DNA from: Azolla caroliniana
Lineage: Eukaryota; Plantae; Polypodiophyta
Assembly: GCA_043228905.1 (NCBI GenBank)
Contig: JBHGNT010000015.1
Span: forward strand, 2,852,001 to 2,916,000
Direction of reading: 5' to 3'
Length of the DNA: 64,000 nt
A model generated the notes under the pieces. It was given only the letters and a program-made list of their open reading frames with translations, ran no database searches and had not been told where the DNA came from. Below are positions 35,580-47,362 of the stretch, one piece after another. Positions within the stretch are counted from its first letter, which is position 1. Each line of letters begins with the position of its first letter. Position numbers and translations under genes: made by a program.

Positions 35580-38342
35580 TGAGTGAAGACTCACCGTTCT
35601 CGATTAAAGAATATTGTTTGTCATTAGACTCTTCGTTTTTTCTATTGAAGAGTATTGTCTGTCGATAAACTAACCATTTTCTATTGAAGAATATTGTCAG
35701 TCGACAAACTCACCCATTTCAATCGAAGAGTATTGTTTGAGCTCATCTTCACCTAAAACACATGTAAATAATGACACATGTGAAGAGTTTTCTATTGAAG
35801 AATACGATATTAATAAAGATATAGAGAATGAAGGTAGTGCCAATGAAACATCGAAGATCATGGGTGATGGTGACAACAAAGAATTGGATTGTAACGACGT
35901 TACCCCAACTTCTATGTAAGAAGAGAAATTTGGAAGCCTTATGCATATTAGAAGAATCCCACGTAGAGTTCTTCTGGCCAAATTTAACTTGGTGACATCA
36001 GATAAACAAATTGGATTTGATGTCAACAAAACATGTGCTCGTGGTTGTATGTTTATGATTGGAAAATCAAAGTTGTGAGAATTAAGGCGATACTACTTTT
36101 CGATGGCTAGTGATGAGCAAGACATTTACCTCGGCTCACATATGCAACTAGTGTCCGACAAATGTACGGGGATCAAAGTATCATTCGAGTATTATATCTT
36201 CCATGCGCAACAAATCTTCCATTCGAGTATCATTTGAACGCTCCCTTGTTACAAAACACGCGAACACACAAGCAAGGTTTACATACGAGAGACAATTTCG
36301 GACGCCTTTGTGAAAGGAGAGGTGCATGGGCAAGCCCGAACGCTCCCTTGCCACAAGTTGCACGAACACACAAGCAAGGTTTACACACGAGAGACACAAT
36401 TTCGAACGCCTTTCTGAAAAGAGAGGTGCATGGGCAAGCTCGAACGCTCCCTTGCCACAAGTCTCACGAACACACAAGCAAGGTTTACACACGAGAGACA
36501 ATTTCAAACGCCTTTGTGAAAGGAGAGGGGCATGGCAAGCCCGAACACTCCCTTGCCACAAGTTGCATGAACACAAGCAAGATTTACACTAACACGTAAG
36601 ACACGTAAGTTTGAATGTCTTTGTGAAAGGAGAGGTGCATGGGCAAGCTCGAAATGCTCCCTTGTCACAAGACACAAACAAATAAGCACAAATGATGATA
36701 ACATATAAGACATGTAGGTTTGAATGCCTTTGTAGCCTGAAAGGCTCCATTGTCACAAGACACATAAACAAATAAGCACAATCAAGATTTACACATAAGA
36801 CAAGTAGATGAAAGAAAATATTAGTTTATATCAATATAATAGATTCTTTTATAATATAAGAATCATGTTACAATGGGTTGGATGCGAATATGAAGGATTG
36901 TTTATAAAAGAATGAGGGAAGAGAGGTGGAGGAAAGAAGAGAGTGGAGTATAGAAGGAGTTTCTTTGTTGATGATGCCTCTCGATGTTGTTGATCCTTCT
37001 TATTCCACTTTCCAATTGAGTAGAACTTGAAGGTGGTTACTAGTTCTTACTTTGTATGTCGAGTACAATTGTCTATGGAGCTAAACAAATGCCAATTGAG
37101 AAGAAAGGACAGTTGCATAGTGACTTGGTATCGGAACAAAAACAATTATGGCTCCAAACCTTAGAAGAAAAAAGAAAGCATATTGAGGTCGCAAAGAAAT
37201 ATGCCGCACAACAAGACACGTCATGGTGAGATGTATTTTTTAGTGATTAGAAAGGAATTATAGACCATTATGTATTTGGTGATAATTGAAATTTGGAAAC
37301 ACCATTCACATGGTCGGTACAACATGATTGTGTAAATAAAACTCCGGAGCAACCAACAAATGCGATTAATGAAAGTTTGGTCCATCTAAAACAAAGAGAC
37401 ATTTATGTGGGACCAAGGATGACCAAAGCAGCTGAAGCTAGATGGTAAGGCAATTTGCAAGAGCTCGCGCCGGGGATGTTGATTGCAACACTTATTGATG
37501 GGAACTCACAAGGCCACCAAATTTGGGTTGGTAAAATTTTAGAAGTGCTAATGCATGAAATAGAAAACACGATCAAGTCTATAATAGTTCATTGGTACAA
37601 CACTAGAAGTGCAAATGCTTTTACGGGTAAGTATACATTGGAGATTATTGAATGCCCAATGACAAGAGGGGGTAAGAAGAGGAAACGAAATATTTGTAAC
37701 ACCTCGACCCTTGATATCTCTAATGTGGATATTAGAGTGTACGACTTCATGCTTACAAAAGCTAGATGATTAAGGAAGTCAACAATAGATATAATAAAAG
37801 AAAAATTACCAGGTCTACAAGATGGCTCGAGTCAAAGGCAAACGAGATCTGCTACATATAATTTAGAGTCAAACCATTTGGTTTATGACGAAGTTAATGC
37901 ATTGATTGGTACATCCGAGGATGACGAGGAGGAATTGTTATTGCATATTAGCTATAGTAGTGATTCTTCGTAAAGGAGTGATTATGAATGTATTTTTGGT
38001 TATTAAGTGTAACTACAATCCGCTTGTAACAAATCGAGTAATATAAAAGCATGTGTTTTGATTTCTTATGATTTCTATAAAAAGCGTTTCTTATAAAATA
38101 ACATTGGTTGTAAAGTTTGTGATATAAATTGAGAATGTAAGTTTTTTAAATTCCTCTTTATCTATTTATTTCTAAATCACGAAAATAATGGATTTTTAAC
38201 CTTTTTCATAATATATTTGAGAATGTATGATAGTGGTATCAATGTGTTTTGTAAAATCATTGAAAAAGTACTAAAATCAATTAAAATATTCCTTATCCTT
38301 CCATTTATGCGCGATCCTTTCACTTGTGAACGCGAACGTGTT
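35580..38342 (+). mobile_element. TIR DNA transposon, copy 3 (one TIR), with putative transposase remnants
   Basis: TIR at 38308-38342 with subterminal match to 3102-3245. KTCARGCMF..ELRRYYFSMASDEQDIYL..FEYYI at about 36030-36200 and C-terminal ORF 37455-37769. Catalytic core not seen. Confidence 0.75.
36236..36800. repeat. Tandem repeat of about 102-104 bp, 5-6 copies
   Basis: Units start gaacgctcccttg at about 36236, 36338, 36442, 36543 and 36651. Confidence 0.9.
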
Positions 38343-41177
38343 AGATCTGAATCATTGTCGTTGGGATGGTCGACTTCGTATTTGGGCATCTTACTTGTGC
38401 CTTTGTCCAATTTCGGACTTAACCGCGACATGCTTGAAAGGCTTGAAGGCTTGTGTGGTCCACTTAGCTCGATAGAGCTTGGACGGTCCTTTGGTGAAGG
38501 GCTTGGCGGAATATCATCCATCGAGTTGACGTTCAACTCTTCCTCGGTCGGTTCGGGTGGAGTCAAATCGGGCTTATACCAAGATGTTGATTTGTCGAAG
38601 ACTACGTCATGACTCACCCGAACCGCTTGGGTCGAAGCGCTATAGCAATTGTATGCCTTCTTCTCGAATGAGTATCCTATGAGGATACATTCCTCTGACT
38701 TCGCGTCAGACTTGTGTCGGCTTTCATTCGGGATGTGTACATTCGCAATGCATCCGAACACCTTGAGGTGCGACAGGATTGACTTCCTTTCGACGAGGAG
38801 CTCATATGGAGTTAGCTCATGCACTCCATTGATGGTGTATCGATTCATGAGATAGACGATCGTGGATGCCGCTTCGACCCAATAGAAGTTCGACATGTGC
38901 TTCTCATGCATCATGGCACGTGCTACCTCTAGCATTTGCCGATTCTTGCTTTCGGTTATTCCATTTTGTTGGGGTGTGTGTCAGCATGAGAATTCTCTTT
39001 GAATGCCTTCACTTTGGAGGTAGGATATGAATTCATCAGAGAAGTACTCCTTCCCTCCATCCGATCGTAGGCATCGAATGTGTCGACCGAATTCTTTTTC
39101 GACTTGCCCCTTGAGCTGTTGGAAGTGGGAGAACACTTCACTCTTCTTCTTCATCGGGAAGATCCACATGTAGTGCGAGTAGTTGTTAATGAAGGTGACG
39201 TAGAATCGACATCCATCGATTGCCGACGTTTGAGCCGGTCCCCATACATCCGAGTGTATGATGTCAAGGAGGCCTTTGCTTGCGTAGCTCTCCTTTGGGA
39301 ATGAGCGTCGATGTTGTTTGTCAAGTTGACATGCTTCGCATACTCAGTTGACTCATTTCGACTCAAATGTTAGAGACCAAATTCTTCGTTATTGTGGGCA
39401 CATGCAAGACATTCTTGATGCAAGTTTGCTTGCCTACTTTCTCGAATGGGACATTGCCGATGTGTCGAATGGGATGTGTGGTGTCGTCTCTTGTCTCTAT
39501 GAAGCTGGGTCGATTCGGTGTACGCAAGTCATTGAACCACACTCTTCGTGGGAAGTCATGTGATGTGAGGCGCCGGAATCGACGAACCACACGTCTTTCG
39601 AGTTGGAGGTCCTCGTTAAACCCTAAACCCTAAACCCTAAACTCACAAACTATGTCTCATCACGAATTGACCACCGTAGTCGTTGTATTTGGAGTTGTTG
39701 GCATAGTTTGTGAGTTGTCGAGTTGTCGAAACCGACTTGCTTCTCTTTCTCCGACACTCGTCTTCTCGGTGGTCGATTTTGTCGCAATAGTTGCAAGCAA
39801 TGGGTCACATTTTCCGACCTTGTTCGGCATGGAAGCTACCCCTTCTTCCGAAGGTCCCTCGATGGATTCCGTATTGTTGTCGAAGGTTTGAGTTACCTTC
39901 GTGTGATGGGTCGAGTCGACCTCGTCTTCCACCTCAACTTCATTCTCGGCCACCATCCGAATTCGAGAAGAACATTTGTCCTTGCGATGTCTTGGTTTTT
40001 GTTTGGACGTGGTTCTCTTCAACCATTAACATTGATTAAAGGTCGAAGAACGGAGGGTTTTCCCTCGCCAAGATTGCCGTCCTTAACGAGTCAAATCGTT
40101 GTGTGAGGTTGCCCAAGCATACTTGAACCATCTTGTCTTTGTCGACATTTATTTTGATGGAGCCAAGCGAATCGCAAATGCTCTTGATCTTGACGGTGTA
40201 GTCTGACACGAACATGTCTTTTTGCTGAATGTTGTTCAACTCTTGTCGAAGTTGAAGCTTTTTGGTGGTTGTGTTAGCGATGAACATTTTCTTTAAGTTC
40301 GCCCACGCTTCTTTAGGCGTCTTGGCGTCTCGAATGTGGCTAAACATGTGGTCGTGAACATATGTTGTCAAGCAATACATGACTCAACTCGTCGCTTGCT
40401 CCCATGTTGCGTAGTTGACGTTCTTTGAGTCGTGTCGATTTTCTTGTGCGCCATTGATGTAGCTCCAATACCCTTGGCCGACAAGGTATTGGGTCATCTT
40501 GTACTCCCAAGATAAAAAATTGCTTCGGTCTAGCTTTTCACTGGGGAGCAAGCTACCCATTTGTGTGTTCATTTTAATGTAGTGTCTTACTTTTTCGATT
40601 TCCTTCGCTCGATCACTTACTCGTGCTACGTAGCAGCACTACGGTGGCAGATAGCCGGATTTTGTCGTCGGCATCTCGAACACACAATTACGAAGAGGAA
40701 GATGGGCTTAGTGGATGTGTTAAACCACACGCTCTGATACCATGTTAAGAATTAGGTAAGTAATTAAGGGTTAATTAGTACCTAATTATGTGATTAGTTG
40801 ATAAGCGGAAGATTAAGTGATATGTGTGTATGTGTGAGAGGAAGAGAGAGAGAAAGATACACTTATGAACACCACAAGATGGGGGATGAGTAACTATATT
40901 AAATTAGCATTATCATCATCAAATACAAAAATACCTACAATGAGGTATATATAGATCTCATGTGTAAGGGTGCACATGTGTGAGGATAATATAGGTACAA
41001 AAGTGTAAGTCCTATATTAAATGTACTTAGGAGTGGAGGATCTAGAATATCCCACTTAAGTACAAGGTCCTATTTAAGGTGTTATAGTAAACATTTCTAA
41101 TTAGATTCTATCTAGGTAACTACAAAGTTACATGGTTGACTAACTAACTAAACTAAGTTGAGCTTGATCTCTCAACA
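38343..41177 (-). mobile_element. 5' half of a decayed Copia element
   Basis: 5' LTR 40743-41177, PBS TGGTATCAGAGC at 40731-40742, gag (WEYKMTQYL), WFVDSG, integrase (RSDGGKEY). Truncated at the DNA transposon TIR. Confidence 0.9.
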
Positions 41178-41233
41178 AATACATATTATTGATTATTGAC
41201 ATACCATACGGATTTTGTATGGTTGGATCAACA

Positions 41234-42215
41234 TGTTAGCATAAAGGGGTGACTCCTTCCATTTTGTATCTTAGTGTGTGAACATGTCCAAATAGTTAGG
41301 GCTTAGTATATAAGCAATAACCTAACATTGTAACTTAGAATTCTTTTATCTGCTTGATCATCTTGTATCTTGAGTCTCTGAATGAGAGAAAAACAGAGCA
41401 TAATGAGAATCACCATTTAAGCTTAACTTCTTGTCTATCTACTCGTTTAGCTACATATTTGTGTATGTTGTTTGATGTGCATAATCGACAGGTCCTCAAA
41501 CGTTCTTCCGCGCATATATGCTCACAAGTGGTATCTGAGCGAACTTGTTGTTCAGTAGCAACTGAAGGAAAAGATCAAGTCAGTCAAAATTCGCGCTTTC
41601 AAAACAAAATATGGCTTCAACATCTGGTATAGGAGTTGAAATCTGAAAGTTCGACAACAAAAACTTTGCCCTATGGAAGGAGGTGATGCAAGATATGTTG
41701 ATCATCAAAAGACAAATGCACCATCCGAATGCATCTGGCCGAGAATGTCTACTTCAATATGGCCAATGAGACGACAACCTTCTCGTTATGGGAGAAGTTG
41801 TAAGCAGTGTACGAAAAGAAGTCCTTGTTGAAACTCATATTGATTCGACAACTATTCAATATGAAGATGAGAGAGTCGGATCCTGCAACCTCCCACATCA
41901 ACACCTTCAGACGGGTGTTGTCTGAACTCTCCTCCCAAGGGATTAACTTCAAAGAAGTGAAAGCCCTTACCCTCTTGTCGAGCTTGTTGGCGAGTGTGGA
42001 GGCACCACTGAACTCAGTCGATCAAAAGAACAAGTTGATGAAAACGAGGGGAGACCGACATCAGTTGAAGTCGAGAACCAATCGACCAGGCGATTTTTGC
42101 ACCCCCTACAGAAAAGTCAATCATAATGTTTTCGACTTTTGGTCGATCAAGAGGAAAGAGAGTGGTCGACAATCCGAGCGGAATCGAGGACGATCTGACT
42201 TGAACCACTCGATCC
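41234..42215 (+). mobile_element. Copia 5' LTR, PBS and decayed gag
   Basis: LTR about 41234-41526 (TG..CA), PBS tggtatctgagc at 41529, gag LIRQLFNMKMRE..HINTF..LLSSL. Confidence 0.75.
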
Positions 42216-42294
42216 AATTCATCTTTATTAACTTCGTCTCTTCCTTTTTCTCACAGAGGAACGAGATAGAGAGAGACAAGGTTTACTTGTATCA

Positions 42295-42635
42295 ATGGTC
42301 GTCTTCACCTTCATCGGCAGAAGTGACGACGGCTCTTGGAGTGCTAAGCAACACCTTGCTTCTGAGGATGGAGGTTTCCTTGAGGGATCCGCTGATTCTT
42401 CCTTCAATCTTTAGCACTTGCTTATGAAGCTCTCTCTCTCTCTTGGCGCTTTTGGATTGGTCTTCCAGGTAACCATTGGCGGTGGAGGAAGGGCAACTTT
42501 GTGTCTAGTGGAGCAATAACATCGATTGGGGGTGGGGGAGGGGGTAGTGGTGGTGCTCCTATTGTAGAAGAGAAGGAAGAAGTAAAAGAGAAACAAGAAG
42601 AAAGCGATGATGATATGGGATTCTCATTGTTTGAT
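42295..42635 (+). pseudogene. RPP3: Processed pseudogene of 60S acidic ribosomal protein P3
   Basis: MVVFTFIGRSDDGSWSAKQ...LEGSADSSFNL*...VFQVTIGGGG...EESDDDMGFSLFD; no introns; internal stops. Confidence 0.85.
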
Positions 42636-44234
42636 TATAATTAATTAATTCAACTATTAGAGTAGAAATAATGTCTTTTTGTTTGCATTTTGTATTCGGC
42701 CTTTTTCCACTTTATTGAGTCTAGTTGCTTAGAAAAGGTGGCTATTGAGAATTTATTTATAAGGGTTTTTTCTTCATGACATGGATGTATGTATGTTTAC
42801 ATTTTGGAGTTATCAATAGTAAGTTTGTTGCTTTGGTTTGAGAGAGAGAGAGAGAGAGGAAAAGAAAGCAAAGAGAGCAAGAGAGCACGAGAGAAGGAGC
42901 CATGAGTGTGATCGACCTCTTCGAAGTGGCCCTCCTTTGGCAAGCAAGGATGTGTAGGATGAGCTACAAGAAGGCGAGAATTTGTGGCCATTAGGATCCA
43001 AACCACTTTTCGAGGGTTATTGGTTTAATACCATATCAATTTTTTACCATATTCATATGTGTGCATGTGTATTTGCATATGCATGGTTGTGTTTGTATGT
43101 GTCTATTTGTATGCATGTATGAATGCATGCACACATGCATAGGTAGCATTCCATATCATGTTCTTTTTTTACATGTTAATTTGTGTAGTTACTATTGTCA
43201 TTTCACAGGCAAGAAGAGTTGGTTTGGTCTTGAGAAGCCTCATGGGGAGCTCATGATGAGTTGTTGTCAAAGTGAAACAAAAAGACGACAAAATTCACTA
43301 TTATGACTAGGGGTTTTGCTTATGATCTGTCTTTCTTTCTATTAGAGAAGTATGCAAAAATAAGAATGAAATGGTTGGAAAGGAAAGTATGGAGGGAGAT
43401 AATATTTTTCTTATTCCAAATTTTTTCTCTTAAAACTCGTTTTTAACTAATATGGGAGTTTTGTCCCATTTGTTTGAAGTTTTTTCTTTAAATATTTGTT
43501 TTTTTTTCATTATTTCAAATGGAAGAAAAATAATGGGTTATTTATAAGAGAGCACAACAACAAATATTCATGTACTATGTGTGGTGATGGAGATGTTGAG
43601 TTAATTGGATATCTCCATCAAAGATTCGTTGTGCTTAATTGCTTTTCTATATGATATCTTTGTATTTAAGGATATGGAGCTTTCAATACCTGAGACTAGG
43701 CTTCACATCTAACTAGTTTTTATTTTGGTGGTGCAGTTATGCTAAGAATGCACCATCAAGGCTCTCATACCATGAGTTTGTTTTGAGGCTAACTATCAAG
43801 GGAGGTCGAAGCATGCATTTCTTCCTATGATTGCCTTTTGTTTTGTAAGTATGGATGGTCTTCATTCCTTTCATGACTTTTTGGATTTGGAGGTTGACAT
43901 TTATTAGGAACATTTCTAAAGCCAAGTGGGTGTTTATTCATCGAATCCCACCCACTTTAACCTTCACTAACCGTGTCTATGGAATTTTATCATCACCTAA
44001 CATTGTATTCATCTTTCTTGGTGCTACATCATTAGGAGAATGCAAGGTCCTCATTTCTACTTGTTGTAAAGGAAGGAGATTGATAAATAAATCATTGCAT
44101 GTGTTGTAATATATTACTTTCCTCTCATCTAATGAATTGTTGTTTGTTTGAAACATTATTTGAACCGTAGGTACGCCATTATTATAGCAAGTTGGTTTTG
44201 CATGTGTTTGTTTGTTGCAAACTATATAATCTAA

Positions 44235-44340
44235 GGAAAAGGTGTATTAGAAAGAGATGTTGTATTGCCAATAGTGTGCTTGATATGTATGGTAAATGTG
44301 GCTTGACCCATGTAGCACATATATGCTTGATAAGCTTCAC
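44235..44340 (+). pseudogene. PLS-type PPR motif fragment
   Basis: LERDV..IANSVLDMYGKCG..A...DKL with frameshifts. Confidence 0.6.
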
Positions 44341-44562
44341 ATATTGAATCAGTCATTTATTAATCTCTTCCTCGTTAAATAATGTTGTGATGTGAGAAGT
44401 TATTGAGCATTTGAAGGAACTTCTTGTAGTGATGAGGTATTAATGATGATTGTTAATTTCATAAAGTTTAAATATAGAATAACTATCAAACCAAATAATG
44501 AACTCTTGAGTCTTTATTAGTAAAAGAATATCTATGATTTAGGTGCAAATAGACACGAACAC

Positions 44563-44770
44563 CTACACACACACATAACACATAGATACATACACACATG
44601 TTATACAACTAAGATATACCACACATACAATATAATATATACATAAATAAATATGGAATACAATACATACATATGAACACACACAAAACATATACATACA
44701 TAAAATATATACAACATATGCAATACAATATAATACATACATACACACATGTATAAAACATACATGTGTC
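44563..44770. repeat. CA/TA-rich low-complexity repeat
   Basis: Degenerate cata/caca units. Confidence 0.8.
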
Positions 44771-47362
44771 TTCTATGTAAGGGCTTTAAAATGAGTTGTT
44801 GTCAATATATATATTGGCACTAAGGGGTATTTTTATTAACCGTATTTTTATAGAAGGGTATCTAAAATAGTAAAAAACATACGTATAAGGGGTTTATAAA
44901 AGGTGTCGCGAATGCACGTGATATAACCTCTTTATATATAGTGGAGCCCCCGGGAGTTGATGATACAACATGCCCCAAAAACTCCACTTGATTCTGGTCG
45001 AAACTACACTTTTCTAATTTTGCGCAGAGACCATATTCTCGTAGTCGACGTAATACCTGACGAACATGTTTATCATGCTCCTCTTCAAACTTCGAGTAGA
45101 TCAAAATGTCGTCCAGGTAAACTATAGTGAAGATCGAGAAAATCTCGAAAAATATCATTCGCCATATGCTGGAACACTGTAGGCACATTTGTGAGATCGA
45201 ATGGCATCACGGTATACTCAAAATGTCCATAATGAGTGCGAAAAGCAGTTTTCCATTCATCCCCTGGACGAATCCATACTAGATTGTATGCACTGCGAAG
45301 ATCCAAATTTGTGAAATATTTTGCTCCACTAAGACGTTCCAAAAGGTTTGAGATCAATGGTAGAGCATATCTATTCTAGATAGTCACTTTGTTCAGCCCT
45401 CGATAATCCACGGCTAATCGAAGAGATAGGTGCAACAGGAGGGGTTCTAGAATGTCGGATGAATCCGTTTGCCAGATTCTCATCAATATATTCCCGCAAA
45501 GTCTCTAGCTCTACCGGTGAGAGATTATAAATTGGCCCCCATGGCAAGTTCTTTCCATGGTTGTAAGTCAATAGGGCAGTCGTATGGCCTATGCTCTGGT
45601 AGTGTATTTGCCTTCACCTTATCAAAGACGTTTGAAAACTCTTTTTATTTTTTTGGTAATTGGACGTCCGGCTCCAGTAAGATGGGTGATGGGTTTGACG
45701 GAGTTGCTACGATTGCAAATATGAACATGTCCTCATTCCCCCCTTCCTCACGTAACTGATGGAGAGAGATGGTTGATAACTTATGGGATCTAGTATCAAA
45801 TATTGGAGTGTTGAGGGATGTGGATGTAGTTCTTTTTTCTTGGGATTCCTCAATTGTTCTTTTCATCCAATCAATCTTCGGGTTATGTACTTCAAACCAA
45901 GAGAGACCTAGAACTAATGGGTGTTTTGGACTACGAATAATGTTGAAAGAGATTATGCTTGCCAAATCACCAAGAACTACACGAATTGGCTCAGACTCTT
46001 CAACTATATCACTTGATGTTATGGGACGGCCATCGATGACTTCTACGGATACTAGGTTAGGGAGGCTATTCAAGAGGATGTTTTCTGTCAATGCAAACTC
46101 ACGATCCATGAAACAAGAGTTGGCTCTAGAATCTAAGAGGGCAGAGGCTAGGAGTCGATGACAAATAGATGTGCTAAGCTCAACTTGTGCAGAAAAAACT
46201 CGACTAACTTGATTTGATGAAATGGAACCACAACTAGGAACTAACTCTACATATCTAGGCTTGTCCAACCAAATGGCTCCTATTTTGGCCTGACTTACTC
46301 GTTTAACACATCCTCTAATTGGCTCAAGACATCGAATCTATTCTCATGGTGTAAAGAATCAAGCGATGGATTCTGTGCAGCGGAATAGATATGAGCTGTG
46401 TGTGTGTATGAGAGAGAGAGTGTGTGTGTGGGAGAGACAAGGAGTAAGACACAAAGAATACGTAATGTAAAGTATATTAACAAAGGAGAAAGACTCAACA
46501 TTATACAAGGTGGGAGGAGGGTGCTTTATATAGTCACCCTCTCTCTTCATTAACTACAAGACTCATGGAGCATGGGGAATGTGAAATCTCATAAGTTATG
46601 TGTCATAAAATATGATTCTATGACTCATACTAAATGCTAGAATACAAAGTGGTGACATAATGGTGACTCTTGACCGTTGGAGTGTCTATTCACTCTCAAG
46701 GTGAGTTCACACACTAGACCAAGTTGAGCTTGATTCTCAACATGCCCCCTCAAGCTCAAGTCGGCTTGGTTTCAGATGGTATCCGAAATCCGCTTCGACT
46801 CGCGTTCCGGAGTCCGCGTTGACTCGCGTCGGCTCGCATTTATGCGGAGTTGCGGAATCCGTGCTCCAGCTTGCGTTGTGCGTAGTTGTGAAGTCTGTGC
46901 TTCGGCTTGCGTCTTTCTTAGCGGCTTCGTTGCGCGGTTGCGGAATCCACGCGTTATTGCGTAGTGTCTTCAGTACTCCCCCTCAAGCTTGGCAGGTCAG
47001 GGATTGTCAATCCGAGATCAATCATGAATTGCCATAGCTTGTCGGCTCCTAAGGCTTTAGTGAAGATGTCGGCCGTTTGAAGATTGGTGCTAATGTGTCG
47101 TAGGTCAACATCGCCAACTACAACGCGCTCTCGGATGAAGTAATAGTACACTTCAATGTGCTTTGTCCGCACGTGGAACACCGGGTTCCGAGCCAGATAG
47201 ATACTGCTCATGTTGTCGCAGTAAAGGGAAGTCAGATCCTTGATGGGTACGCCCAGATCCTTGAGTATCCTTTTGAGCCATACGACTTCACATGCGGCCA
47301 TTACCGCGCCCTTGTATTCTGCCTCTGTGCTCAACAGAGTGATGGTTGGTTGCTGTCATGAA

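Noticed and set aside
44515-44950. Non-autonomous Helitron on the minus strand
   Set aside because: A TC..TATATATAAAG-like 5' end is present but no convincing 3' hairpin-CTAG.
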